In this document: in pieces, positions 36,010 through 45,868 of the stretch
Layout of the letters: each line of letters opens with the position of its first letter
Numbering within the stretch: the first letter of the stretch is position 1
Source of the DNA: an uncultured Hyphomicrobiales bacterium
GTDB lineage: Bacteria; Pseudomonadota; Alphaproteobacteria; Rhizobiales; Xanthobacteraceae
NCBI GenBank assembly: GCA_903892675.1
Contig: CAITJJ010000128.1
Coordinates: 1,785-65,784, forward strand
Direction: 5' to 3'
DNA length: 64,000 nucleotides
Translations under genes and position numbers: made by a program
Notes under the pieces: generated by a model
What the model was told of the DNA's origin: nothing
The model's input: only the letters and a program-made list of their open reading frames with translations
Database searches by the model: none

Positions 36010-36546
36010 TCAGTTGAAGCCGGCGGCGAGCTTCTTCAAGATTTCGATGAAGCGATCGCGATTCCGCAGACCGATGATCTTGTCGAGGTTGCGCTCGTGC
36101 CGACGCGCGCACCGCATCATGGTCGTCACGGTCTTCTTGCCGTCGCGGGTCACGTTCAGGCAGTAGGCGCGGCGGTCGTGGTTGAGCCGCTTGCGCTCGA
36201 CCAGCCCACGCTGCACCAGGTCCTCGATCACCGGGGTCAGGCTCGATTTGTCGCGGCCGGCGGCCTGGCTCAATTCCGTCTGGCTGATGCCCGGATTGCG
36301 CGCGATGAGGGTCAGCGTTGCAAACCGGCCCGGACTTTCGCCAATCTCCTGCGACTGACGCGAGAAAGCCTGGAAGGCCGACTCCTGCGCCATGCGCAGA
36401 TTGAAACCGACCCACGTCGCCAGTGGGCCGAAATTGATCGATTCGACGCTCGATACCCCGTTCTTGCCGCGCCGCACACGGCTGCCGCCTTTTCCGTTCT
36501 TTACGCTCACGTCGTCGCTCCCTGGCCCGCCGCCCACGGCGGTCAA
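36010..36546 (-). CDS. MarR family regulator (CouR/FerC-like)
   Basis: VGFNLRMAQ, NPGISQTELS...GRDKSSLT and DRRAY. Start uncertain (TTG 36546 or a downstream GTG). Confidence 0.85.
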   Translation of the reverse strand: MTAVGGGPGSDDVSVKNGKGGSRVRRGKNGVSSVESINFGPLATWVGFNLRMAQESAFQAFSRQSQEIGESPGRFATLTLIARNPGISQTELSQAAGRDKSSLTPVIEDLVQRGLVERKRLNHDRRAYCLNVTRDGKKTVTTMMRCARRHERNLDKIIGLRNRDRFIEILKKLAAGFN

Positions 36547-36549
36547 GCT

Positions 36550-36571
36550 TATAGTTTGATATCAAACCATA
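36550..36571. promoter_or_regulatory. Palindromic operator between the MarR gene and the TRAP operon
   Basis: Perfect 14-bp palindrome GTTTGATATCAAAC (36554-36567), extending to TATA...CATA with one mismatched pair. Confidence 0.65.
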
Positions 36572-36659
36572 TACTTCCCTTTACAAGCGCGACAACATGC
36601 GGCTGAATAATAAAAAAGTTGGCTTTGTAACCAACGGCATCAACCGAGGGAGAAAACCG

Positions 36660-37685
36660 ATGAAAATCCGTATCGCCGCCGCGCTTGCCTTTGCCGGCCT
36701 GCTTGGCGCAACCACCGCCGGCATTGCCCAGGACAAGACGTTCGAGCTCAAGTTGTCGCATTGGGTGCCGCCTTCCCACCCGCTGCAGAAGGCGCTTGAA
36801 GAATGGGGCGCTTCTGTCGAGAAGGATTCCGGCGGGACCATCAAGTCCAAAGTTTATCCGGCCCAGCAGCTCGGCAAGGCCTTCGACCATTACGACATGG
36901 CGCGCGACGGCATCGCCGACCTCACTTACATCAATCCCGGCTATCAACCCGGCCGCTTCCCGATTATCGGCGCCGGCGAACTGCCGTTCCTGATCGCCAA
37001 CGGCAAGACCGGCTCGCAGGCGCTCGACGCCTGGTACCGCAAATACGCCGACAAGGAGATGAAGGACGTCAAGTTCTGCCTCGCCTTCGTGCACGATCCG
37101 GGCACGCTCCACTCCAAGGCCAAGAAGATCGTGGTGCCGGCTGACATTAAGGGCATGAAGATCCGTCCCGCGCACGCCACCATGGCGACCTTCGTCACGC
37201 AGCTAGGCGGCACCAATGTGCAGTCGAGCGCGCCGGAAGTACGCGACATTCTTGAGAAGGGCGTCGCCGACGCGGTGACTTTCCCATGGGGCTCGATCCC
37301 GCTGTTCGGCATCGACAAGGTGACCAAGTATCACATGGAAGTGCCGCTCTACGTCACCACTTTCGCCTTCGTCTTCAACAAGGACAAATACGCCCAGATG
37401 TCGGCGGCGCAAAAGAAAGTGATCGACAATCACTGCACCAACGATTGGGCGCTGAAGGTGGCGTCGAACTGGGCCGACTTCGAACACGCCGGCATCGGCA
37501 AGCTCAAGGCCGATCCGGCCCATGAGGTCTACACCATCACACCGGCGCAACTGACGGAATGGAAGACCGCGGCGCAGCCGCTGGAAAAGACCTGGGCCGA
37601 CAACGTCAAGAAGTCCGGCGGCGACGGCGACGCCATCATGAAAGAACTCAAGGCCGAACTGGCAAAGTTCAAGGCAGCCTATTAA
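36660..37685 (+). CDS. dctP: TRAP transporter substrate-binding protein (DctP/TarP-like)
   Basis: Signal peptide, LKLSHWVPP.HP, YPAQQLG, PGRFP, DIKGMKIR and LEKGVADA. Confidence 0.9.
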   Translation: MKIRIAAALAFAGLLGATTAGIAQDKTFELKLSHWVPPSHPLQKALEEWGASVEKDSGGTIKSKVYPAQQLGKAFDHYDMARDGIADLTYINPGYQPGRFPIIGAGELPFLIANGKTGSQALDAWYRKYADKEMKDVKFCLAFVHDPGTLHSKAKKIVVPADIKGMKIRPAHATMATFVTQLGGTNVQSSAPEVRDILEKGVADAVTFPWGSIPLFGIDKVTKYHMEVPLYVTTFAFVFNKDKYAQMSAAQKKVIDNHCTNDWALKVASNWADFEHAGIGKLKADPAHEVYTITPAQLTEWKTAAQPLEKTWADNVKKSGGDGDAIMKELKAELAKFKAAY

Positions 37686-37694
37686 TGAATTGAA

Positions 37695-37725
37695 CGGCGG
37701 CGGAGCCATCCGCCGCCGCTTTCTT
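37695..37725 (+). terminator. Stem-loop after dctP (terminator or mRNA stabiliser)
   Basis: CGGCGGCGGA-GCCA-TCCGCCGCCG followed by CTTTCTT. Confidence 0.6.
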
Positions 37726-37782
37726 CATCTGCGCGCCTGACGGCGCAATCACCCTGTTGCTCGTGCTTAATCAAGGCGTGCC

Positions 37783-38298
37783 ATGTCCGGCAATCTAATG
37801 GACCGCTTCATCGATTCGATCGAGTGGATCGCCGCTTTGTTCATCGGCATCGTCGCCGCCGACGTATTCATCACGGTGATGCTGCGATACTTCTTCAACA
37901 TCGCCATCCCCGACGCCTATGATTTCGGCCAGCAATTGCTCGGCATTCTGATCTTCTGGGGCATCGCCGCGACCTCATATCGCGGCACCCACATTACCGT
38001 CGATCTGATCTGGGCCAATGTCGGACCGCGCTGGCAGCGCGCCATCGACGTATTTGCCACCCTGGTTCTTTTGTTCGTGGTGTCGGTGCAGACCTATACC
38101 CTGTTCGACAAGGTCATCAGCACGCGCGACGCCAATCTTCAGACATTCGATCTGCGGCTGCCGGTCTGGCCGTTCTTTCTAATCGCATGGATCGGCGACG
38201 CCGCCGCGGTGCTGCTGATCGCCGTGCGCACCTATCGGCTGATCTTCCGTCCGGATTTGATCGCGGCCAATCAAAATATCATCAAGACGGTCGAGTGA
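37783..38298 (+). CDS. dctQ: TRAP transporter small permease
   Basis: Four TMs with V.LRYFF and HITVDL; lies between dctP and dctM. Confidence 0.88.
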   Translation: MSGNLMDRFIDSIEWIAALFIGIVAADVFITVMLRYFFNIAIPDAYDFGQQLLGILIFWGIAATSYRGTHITVDLIWANVGPRWQRAIDVFATLVLLFVVSVQTYTLFDKVISTRDANLQTFDLRLPVWPFFLIAWIGDAAAVLLIAVRTYRLIFRPDLIAANQNIIKTVE

Positions 38299-38308
38299 GT
38301 AACCTCTT

Positions 38309-39607
38309 ATGAGTACCGACGCCGTCGCAATTACCGGGTTCGTTGTGCTGTTCGCGCTGATGCTGCTGCGCGTGCCGATCGGCATGGCGATGGGCCTGGT
38401 TGGCGTCGGCGGCTTCGCCTATCTGTCCGGCAGCGGGCCGGCGCTCAAGATCGTCGGCCACACCACCATGCGGACGGTGACCGATTTCAATTTCGCGGTC
38501 ATTCCGTTGTTCCTGCTGATGGGCTCGTTCGCCACCACGTCCGGCATGAGCCGTGAACTATTCCGCGCCGCCAACGGCTTTGTCGGCCATCTGCGCGGCG
38601 GTCTGGGCATCGCCACCATCGCGGCCTGCGGCGGATTCGCCGCCATCTGTGGCTCGTCGGTCGCCACCGCTGCGACGTTCTCACGGGTCGCCTATCCGGA
38701 GATGCGCCGCTACGGCTATCCGCAAAGCTTCGCCACCGGCGTGATCGCCGCCGGCGGCACGCTCGGCATCATGATCCCGCCGTCTACCGTCTTCGCCGTC
38801 TATGGCCTGATCACCGAACAGGATGTCGGCAAGCTGTTTGTCGCCGGCATCGTGCCGGGCATTCTCGCCGTGCTGATGTATATGGCAACCATTACCATCA
38901 TCGGCGCGGTGCGGCCGGGCTTTCTTCCCGCCGGCGTGCGCAGCTCCTGGAGAGAGCGGATTGAAGGCCTGCGCGATGTCTGGGCGACGATCCTGCTGTT
39001 CGCGTTCGTCATCGGCGGCATATATGGCGGCATGTTCACCGCCACCGAGGCGGCTGGCATGGGCGCCGGCGGCGCTTTCCTGATCGGCATCGCGCGCGGC
39101 CGGCTGTCGCGCGCCGATATCCTGCGCTCGCTGCTGGAAGCGACCCGCACCACCGCCGCCGTGTTCACCGTGTTGATCGGGGCGCTGCTGTTCGGCTATT
39201 TCCTGACGATCACGCAGACGCCGCAAAAGGTGTCCGAATTCCTGGGCTCACTCGGGCTTGGCGCGTACGGCATCCTCGGCATTATCATGCTGATGTATCT
39301 GGTGCTCGGTTGTCTCATGGATGCACTGGCGATGATCATCCTGACCATCCCGATCATCTTCCCAGTCATCATCGCGCTCGGCTTCAATCCTATCTGGTTC
39401 GGCGTCGTCATCGTAATGACTGTCGAACTCGGTCTCATCCACCCGCCGGTCGGGATGAACATCTTCGTCATCAAGAGCGTCGTCGAGGACGTCAAGATAT
39501 CGACCATCTTTTACGGCGTGATGCCGTTCATCATCACCGATCTGCTTCGGCTCGCCATCCTGATCGCCTTTCCGATATTGGCTCTCTGGCTGCCCTCGCA
39601 TATGTGA
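38309..39607 (+). CDS. dctM: TRAP transporter large permease
   Basis: IPLFLLMG, CGSSVATAA, GGTLGIMIPPS, TATEAA and HPPVGMN. Confidence 0.93.
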   Translation: MSTDAVAITGFVVLFALMLLRVPIGMAMGLVGVGGFAYLSGSGPALKIVGHTTMRTVTDFNFAVIPLFLLMGSFATTSGMSRELFRAANGFVGHLRGGLGIATIAACGGFAAICGSSVATAATFSRVAYPEMRRYGYPQSFATGVIAAGGTLGIMIPPSTVFAVYGLITEQDVGKLFVAGIVPGILAVLMYMATITIIGAVRPGFLPAGVRSSWRERIEGLRDVWATILLFAFVIGGIYGGMFTATEAAGMGAGGAFLIGIARGRLSRADILRSLLEATRTTAAVFTVLIGALLFGYFLTITQTPQKVSEFLGSLGLGAYGILGIIMLMYLVLGCLMDALAMIILTIPIIFPVIIALGFNPIWFGVVIVMTVELGLIHPPVGMNIFVIKSVVEDVKISTIFYGVMPFIITDLLRLAILIAFPILALWLPSHM

Positions 39608-39662
39608 GCTTCTCGTGCCGACCCATTTTTTCTTTACTTGTCACGGCAGATAGGATTCCCGC

Positions 39663-41375
39663 GTGTACACAGCAGGTACGGCTTTTCTCGAAGCGCTCAA
39701 GGAGGCCGGCGTCTCCTATATTTTCGCCAATCTCGGCAGCGACCATCCGGCCATTGTCGAGTCGGTCGCCGAGGGCAAGGCGAGCGCGCGCGGCTTCCCG
39801 GCGATGCTGACCTGCCCGAACGAGATGGTGGCGCTCTCCGCCGCGCATGGTTACGCCCAGGTCACCGGGCAAGCGCAGGCCGTCATCGTGCACGTCGAAT
39901 GCGGCACCCAGGCGCTCGGCGGCGCCGTGCATAACGCATTGCGCGGCCGCGTGCCGGTTTTGATTTTCGCCGGCGCAACGCCCTATACGCAGGAAGGCGA
40001 ACTAAAGGGGTCGCGCAACGAATGGATCCAGTGGATCCAGGATATTGCCGACCAGCGCGGTATCGTCCGCAACTATGTGAAGTTCGATTATGAATTCCGC
40101 ACCGGCCGCAATATCAAGCAGGTGACGCACCGCGCCATGCAACTGGCCAAGAGCGAGCCGAAAGGTCCGGTCTATCTGGTCGGCGCGCGCGAAGTGATGG
40201 AAGAAGACGCCACCCAAGTCGCGATCGACATGGCCGAATGGCCGGCGATTGCGCCGCTGCCGCTGCGGGCCAACGATGCCACCGAACTGGCGCAGGCGCT
40301 CGTCCACGCCAAGCGCCCGCTGGTGGTGACCAGCGCGGTCGGCCGCAATCCGGCTGCCGTTCCCGAACTGATCAAGCTATGTCATCGCCTCGGCATCGCC
40401 GTGCTCGAGCAATCGCCGGTCAATATGAACTACCCGGCCGATGACGCGCTCTATATGGGTAACCGCTGGAGCGAGCCGTATCAGGAACCGGTGCTGGCGG
40501 AAGCCGATGTTATCCTCGTGCTCGATTCAGATACGCCCTGGGTGCCGTCGGTCAGCAAGCCGTCGCCGGGCGCCAAAATATTTCATATCGACGTCGACCC
40601 GCTCAAGCAGGACATTCCACTCTGGTACTTCAAGGCGCAGCGTGTGTTCCAGGCCGATTGCGCCACAGCGCTGGCGCAAGTGAACGGCGCGCTCGACGGC
40701 ATGACCATCGATGCCGCCAAAGTGAGCGAGCGCAAGGCGCATTACGGCAAGATGCATCTGGCGCTCGCCGCGCAGTGGCTCAAACGCGAACAGCCGAATG
40801 GCGTCATGATCACGCCGGAATATTTCACCGCCTGTCTTCGCAAGCACATCGACGACAACACCATCATTCTGTCGGAGACGATCACCAACTACCCAACCAT
40901 CGCCAATCATCTGCGGCCATCGCGGCCCGGATCTTATTTCCTCAGCGGCGGCTCGTCGCTGGGCTGGCATGGCGGCGCCGCTATCGGCGCCAAGCTGGCG
41001 CACCCGGACAAGACTGTCATCGCGCTGTCCGGCGATGGCTCCTACATGTTCTCGGTGCCGTCTTCGGTGCACTGGATGGCGCGCAAATACGAAACGCCGT
41101 TCCTGCAGGTGATCTACAACAATGGCGGCTGGCGTTCGCCGAAGATGTCGACTTTGGCGGTGCATCCCGACGGCTATGCCAGCCGGGCCAATGCGATCGG
41201 CGTCGAATTCGACCCGGCGCCCGATCACGCCGCGATCGCCGCCGCCGCCGGCGGCGCCTTCGCCCGAAAGCTGGAACGGCCGGACGAAGTCGAAGCGGCC
41301 ATCGCTGAGGCGCTACGAGTTGTGCGCGAGGAGAAGCGCTGCGCGGTACTCGATGTGCGAGTACCGCATCTTTAG
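39663..41375 (+). CDS. Thiamine diphosphate-dependent enzyme (benzoylformate decarboxylase/ALS-like), paralog 1
   Basis: FANLGSDHP, conserved Glu in PNEMVA and ThDP motif GDGSYMF...YNN. GTG start. Confidence 0.88.
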   Translation: MYTAGTAFLEALKEAGVSYIFANLGSDHPAIVESVAEGKASARGFPAMLTCPNEMVALSAAHGYAQVTGQAQAVIVHVECGTQALGGAVHNALRGRVPVLIFAGATPYTQEGELKGSRNEWIQWIQDIADQRGIVRNYVKFDYEFRTGRNIKQVTHRAMQLAKSEPKGPVYLVGAREVMEEDATQVAIDMAEWPAIAPLPLRANDATELAQALVHAKRPLVVTSAVGRNPAAVPELIKLCHRLGIAVLEQSPVNMNYPADDALYMGNRWSEPYQEPVLAEADVILVLDSDTPWVPSVSKPSPGAKIFHIDVDPLKQDIPLWYFKAQRVFQADCATALAQVNGALDGMTIDAAKVSERKAHYGKMHLALAAQWLKREQPNGVMITPEYFTACLRKHIDDNTIILSETITNYPTIANHLRPSRPGSYFLSGGSSLGWHGGAAIGAKLAHPDKTVIALSGDGSYMFSVPSSVHWMARKYETPFLQVIYNNGGWRSPKMSTLAVHPDGYASRANAIGVEFDPAPDHAAIAAAAGGAFARKLERPDEVEAAIAEALRVVREEKRCAVLDVRVPHL

Positions 41376-41454
41376 GGCCCGACATGAGACTTTGCGCCGC
41401 AGTCCGGCGGCGAGAGGACAACGGTAGAGTGAATGAAATTTTGGGGAGGATGAC

Positions 41455-42897
41455 ATGAACGTATCGCTTCTGATCAACGGCGCCGATGTCGCCGCGATCG
41501 ACAACAAGACATTCGACCGTCTCGACCCGTTCACCGGCAGCGTCGCGAGTACGTCGCCGGCCGGCAAGGTTGCCGACGTCAACGCCGCCTGCGCCGCCGC
41601 GGCCGCCGCGTTTCCCGCCTGGTCGGAAACCGGCCCGAACGAACGCCGCAAGCTGCTGCTGAAGGCGGCTGACCTGCTGGAAGCCAAGACGCCCGAGTTC
41701 ATCAAGCTGACCATGGAAGAGACCGGCGCGACCGGGCCGTGGTCCGGCTTCAATGTCATGTTCGGCGCCAAGATTTTGCGCGAAGCGGCCTGCATGACCA
41801 CCATGATTCATGGCGAGGTTATTCCATCCGACAAGCCGGGCTGCTTTTCGATGGCGATCCGCCAGCCGGCCGGCGTCTGCGTCGGCATGGCGCCGTGGAA
41901 CGCGCCGGTCATTCTCGGCGTGCGCTCGGTGGCGATGGCTTTGGCCTGCGGCAACACCGTGGTGATGAAAGCGTCGGAGACCTGCCCCGCCACCCATATG
42001 CTGATCGGCAAGGTGTTGCAGGAAGCCGGCATTCCGAAAGGCGCCATCAATGTCGTCACCCATTCGCGCGAGGACGCGCCGCAGGTGGTCGAGGCGCTGA
42101 TCGCGCATCCGGCGGTACGCCGAATCAACTTCACCGGCTCGAGCCATGTCGGCCGCATCGTTGCGCAGATAGCGGCGAAATATCTCAAGCCCGTGCTGCT
42201 CGAACTCGGCGGCAAGGCGCCGCTGCTGGTGCTCGACGACGCCAATATCGACGACGCGGTGAACGGCGCGGCCTTCGGCGCCTTCATGCACATGGGCCAG
42301 ATCTGCATGTCGACCGAGCGCATCGTCGTCGACAACAAGATCGCCGACGCCTTCGTCGGCAAGCTCGCCGCCAAGGCGAACGGCCTGCCTTTCGGCGATC
42401 CGCGCGGCAAGGTCGTGCTCGGCTCGCTGGTGAGCGAACATGCGGCCAACCGCATGCAGGAGCTGCTCGATGACGCCGTCAGCAAGGGCGCCAAGCTGGT
42501 CGCCGGCGGCAAGCGCAACGGCACCGCCTGGTCGGCGACCTTGCTCGACCACGTCAACCCGCAGATGAAAATCTACCGCGAGGAATCGTTCGGCCCGGTC
42601 AAGAGCATCATCCGCGTCGACGGCGACGACGAGGCGGTCAGCATCGCCAACGACACCGAGTATGGGTTGTCCTCGGCGGTGTTCAGCCAGAACATCCAGC
42701 GCGCCATGGCGGTTGCCAAGCGCATTCAGTCCGGAATTTGCCACATCAACGGCCCGACGGTGAACGACGAGCCACAAATGCCGTTCGGTGGCACCAAGGA
42801 TTCCGGCTATGGCCGTTTCGGCGGCGTCGGCGCGATCGCCGAATTCACCGAACTGCGCTGGGTCACCATCGAAAGCCACCAGCACTACCCGTTCTGA
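41455..42897 (+). CDS. Aromatic aldehyde dehydrogenase (vanillin/salicylaldehyde dehydrogenase-like)
   Basis: APWNAP, FTGS, ELGGKAP, GQICMSTER, EESFGP and HINGPTV.DE.QMPFGG. Confidence 0.88.
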   Translation: MNVSLLINGADVAAIDNKTFDRLDPFTGSVASTSPAGKVADVNAACAAAAAAFPAWSETGPNERRKLLLKAADLLEAKTPEFIKLTMEETGATGPWSGFNVMFGAKILREAACMTTMIHGEVIPSDKPGCFSMAIRQPAGVCVGMAPWNAPVILGVRSVAMALACGNTVVMKASETCPATHMLIGKVLQEAGIPKGAINVVTHSREDAPQVVEALIAHPAVRRINFTGSSHVGRIVAQIAAKYLKPVLLELGGKAPLLVLDDANIDDAVNGAAFGAFMHMGQICMSTERIVVDNKIADAFVGKLAAKANGLPFGDPRGKVVLGSLVSEHAANRMQELLDDAVSKGAKLVAGGKRNGTAWSATLLDHVNPQMKIYREESFGPVKSIIRVDGDDEAVSIANDTEYGLSSAVFSQNIQRAMAVAKRIQSGICHINGPTVNDEPQMPFGGTKDSGYGRFGGVGAIAEFTELRWVTIESHQHYPF

Positions 42898-42946
42898 GCG
42901 AAAGACTATTGCGCCGCCCTTACCGGCGCTCGCCCACACGCAGATC

Positions 42947-42985
42947 AGGCTCGCCGCGCCCGCATGGCACGGCGAGCCTTTGCTT
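42947..42985 (+). terminator. Hairpin downstream of the aldehyde dehydrogenase gene
   Basis: AGGCTCGCCGCGCC-CGCAT-GGCACGGCGAGCCT (14-bp stem, one mismatch) followed by TTGCTT; weak U-tract. Confidence 0.45.
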
Positions 42986-43074
42986 GTAAGCCTTACTCGC
43001 GTCGAGTAGAACACGCCGGAAAATCAATATCCGACGCTTGAACAGCGCGGGTTTATGGTCCGGGGACGAAACAC

Positions 43075-44781
43075 ATGGCCGCAGCAACGACACCTGGACC
43101 CCGGCCGGCAATCGCCGCCGAGGCCTTCCTGCGTGCGCTCGCCGATCACGGCACCGATTATCTCTTCGCCAATCCCGGCACCGACTTTCCGCCCGTCGTA
43201 GAAGCCTTCAGCCGCGCCAAGAAGACCAACGCCAAGGTGCCGATGCCGGTTCTGGTGCCGCACGAGAATCTGGCGGTCGCCATGGCGCATGGCGCCTATC
43301 TGATGAATGGCCGGCCGCAGGCCGTGATGGTGCACGTCAATGTCGGCACCGCCAACACCATCAACAATCTCACCAACCTGTCGCGCGACCGCGTGCCGCT
43401 CATTCTCGCTGCCGGCCGCACGCCGATCACCGAGAAGGGCTCGTTCGGTTCGCGCTCGCGGCCGATCCACTGGGCGCAGGAAATGTTCGACCAGGCCGGC
43501 ATGGTGCGCGAACTGGTGAAGTGGGATTACGAACTGCGAACACCGGGCCAGGTTGGTGATGTCGTCGCGCGCTCGGTCGAAGTCGCGATGGCGCATCCGC
43601 GCGGGCCGATCTATCTGGTGCTGCCGCGCGAGCCTTTGTCGGCGCCGGTGACGGAGCCGATCGCGCCGATCAAGCCGCGCACGGCGGCGCCGCGCGCACA
43701 TCCCGATCCCAAGACCATCGCCACTTTGGCCGAATGGATCGCCGCCGCCGAACGGCCGCTGATCATTACCTCCGTCCTGCCGGCGGACGCGGTACGGACG
43801 CTGGGCGCCCTGGCGGAGAAGTGCGCTATTCCCGTCATTACGCATAACCCGCGCAGCGTCTGCCTGCCGTCGAGCCATCCGATGCATTTCGGCTATGAGC
43901 CGGGCGCGTTACTGGCCGATGCCGATCTGGTGATCTCGCTTGAATCCGACGTGCCGTGGATTCCGCATCTGCAGCATCCGCCGGCAGGCGCCCGCATCGT
44001 CCATATGGGCGAGGATCCATTCTTCGTGCGCTACCCGATGCGCTCGTTTCCGAGCGATCTCGCCGTGCAGGCAGGCGTGACCAATTCGCTCGAGGCCCTG
44101 CTCGAAGCCGTCGGACCACGCCTGCAAATGGCCGAGGCGCGCATCTCGGCGCGCCGCACGCGGCTGGCCGAGCGCATGCGTACGCGCCGCGCACAACTAG
44201 CCAAGGATTCGGTTGCCGGCGAACGCATTTCCCCAGCCTATCTGTCGCGCGCCATTGGCGAAGCTGTCGGCGAGGACGCCGTCATCTTCAACGAATACCC
44301 GCTGCGCGCCGACCATTGTCCGCGCGAAAAGCCCGGCACGCTTTACGCGCTTGGGCCGGCCGGCGGACTGGGCTGGGGCCTGGGGGCCGCGCTGGGTGCC
44401 AAACTCGCCGCGCCCGATAAATTGATCGTCGCCACCCTCGGCGATGGCGCCTACATGTTCTCCAACCCGACGGTCGGCCACTGGGTGTCGCATAAGCACA
44501 ACCTGCCGATCCTCACCATCATCTTCAACAACAGCCGCTATGGCGCAGTGCGCAATTCGACGCTGTCAATGTTCAAGGACGGCGTTTCCGGCGAGACCGA
44601 CGGCCGCGAACTCGCGGACCTCGATCCGGCGCCACCTTATGACGAGATGGCGAAGGCACAGGGCGCACACGCCGAGCGCGTGGAAAAGCCGGCCGATCTG
44701 CCCGGCGCGCTGGCCCGCGCCCGCGATGCTGTCATGAACGACAAGCGCCAGGCGCTGCTCAACGTCATTACGCCCTATTAA
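43075..44781 (+). CDS. Thiamine diphosphate-dependent enzyme, paralog 2
   Basis: FANPGTDFP, PHENLA and GDGAYMF...FNN. Confidence 0.88.
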   Translation: MAAATTPGPRPAIAAEAFLRALADHGTDYLFANPGTDFPPVVEAFSRAKKTNAKVPMPVLVPHENLAVAMAHGAYLMNGRPQAVMVHVNVGTANTINNLTNLSRDRVPLILAAGRTPITEKGSFGSRSRPIHWAQEMFDQAGMVRELVKWDYELRTPGQVGDVVARSVEVAMAHPRGPIYLVLPREPLSAPVTEPIAPIKPRTAAPRAHPDPKTIATLAEWIAAAERPLIITSVLPADAVRTLGALAEKCAIPVITHNPRSVCLPSSHPMHFGYEPGALLADADLVISLESDVPWIPHLQHPPAGARIVHMGEDPFFVRYPMRSFPSDLAVQAGVTNSLEALLEAVGPRLQMAEARISARRTRLAERMRTRRAQLAKDSVAGERISPAYLSRAIGEAVGEDAVIFNEYPLRADHCPREKPGTLYALGPAGGLGWGLGAALGAKLAAPDKLIVATLGDGAYMFSNPTVGHWVSHKHNLPILTIIFNNSRYGAVRNSTLSMFKDGVSGETDGRELADLDPAPPYDEMAKAQGAHAERVEKPADLPGALARARDAVMNDKRQALLNVITPY

Positions 44782-44842
44782 ACGCTAGCCGGGTCGCATT
44801 CAGCACGATAACAAGACACGAAATTCAGTCACGGAGAGTTCC

Positions 44843-45859
44843 ATGCGCATCGACGCCTATACTCATTTCATGCCGAGCCGGATGTTCCAGTTGCTGGTCG
44901 ACAGCGGCTATCCGGACATCGGCAAGCGCATGCGCGAAGTGCCCTGCATTCACGATCTCGATGCGCGCCGCAAAGTGATCGATACATTTCCCGACTACGC
45001 GCAGATTATTTCCTACGCCATGCCGCCGCTGGAAGTCTTTGCCAAAAGCGACGGCGCCAAGGTCGAGGAGTATGCCCGGCTGATCAACGACGAATTGGCC
45101 GAGATTTGCGCCAAGGACAGCGACCATTTCCCCGGCTGGGTGGCGCAGGGCGCGCTCGGCGCCGCCGATGCCGGCGTCGCGGAAGCCACCCGCGCGATCA
45201 AGAACGGCGCGCTCGGCGTACAGATTTATACCAATGTCGCAGGCCAGCCACTCGACGATCCGAAGTTCGAGCCGTTCTTCGCCGCGATGGAAAAACTCAA
45301 CAAGCCGATCTGGCTTCATCCGGCGCGCAATGCTGGCGTTGCCGACTATGCCAGCGAGAAGACGTCAAAGTTCGAAATCTGGTGGGCTTTCGGCTGGTCC
45401 TATGAGACCGCCGCGGCGATGGCGCGGTTGGTGTTCTCGCGGCTGATGGACAAATACCCGAACATCAAGATCATCACGCACCATTTCGGCGGCATCGTGC
45501 CGATGCTGGAAGGCCGCATCGGCCCCGGCTGGGACCAGCTCGGCTCGCGCACCTCGGGCGAAGACCTCACGGTGCTGTTGAAGCAGCTCAAGAAGCGCCC
45601 GCTCGATTACTTCAAGCATTCGTTCTACACCGACACCGCAACGTTCTCGTCGGAAGCCGGCATGACGATGGGCCTTTCCTTCTACGACCACGACAAGATC
45701 GTGTTCGCCTCGGACTGCCCGTTCGATCCCGAAAAGGGCACGATGTATACGCGCGACGCCATCCGTTTCCTGGAAGCCGCCAATATCTCCAAGGCCGAGA
45801 GAGAAGCGATCGCGCACGGCAACCTCGAGCGCATCACCGGTACGAAGCTCGTCAAGTAA
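44843..45859 (+). CDS. Amidohydrolase_2 family protein (ACMSD/aromatic decarboxylase-like)
   Basis: IDAYTH, INDELA, IWLHP, ITHHFGG and FASDCPF. Confidence 0.85.
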   Translation: MRIDAYTHFMPSRMFQLLVDSGYPDIGKRMREVPCIHDLDARRKVIDTFPDYAQIISYAMPPLEVFAKSDGAKVEEYARLINDELAEICAKDSDHFPGWVAQGALGAADAGVAEATRAIKNGALGVQIYTNVAGQPLDDPKFEPFFAAMEKLNKPIWLHPARNAGVADYASEKTSKFEIWWAFGWSYETAAAMARLVFSRLMDKYPNIKIITHHFGGIVPMLEGRIGPGWDQLGSRTSGEDLTVLLKQLKKRPLDYFKHSFYTDTATFSSEAGMTMGLSFYDHDKIVFASDCPFDPEKGTMYTRDAIRFLEAANISKAEREAIAHGNLERITGTKLVK

Positions 45860-45868
45860 GAAGAGATA

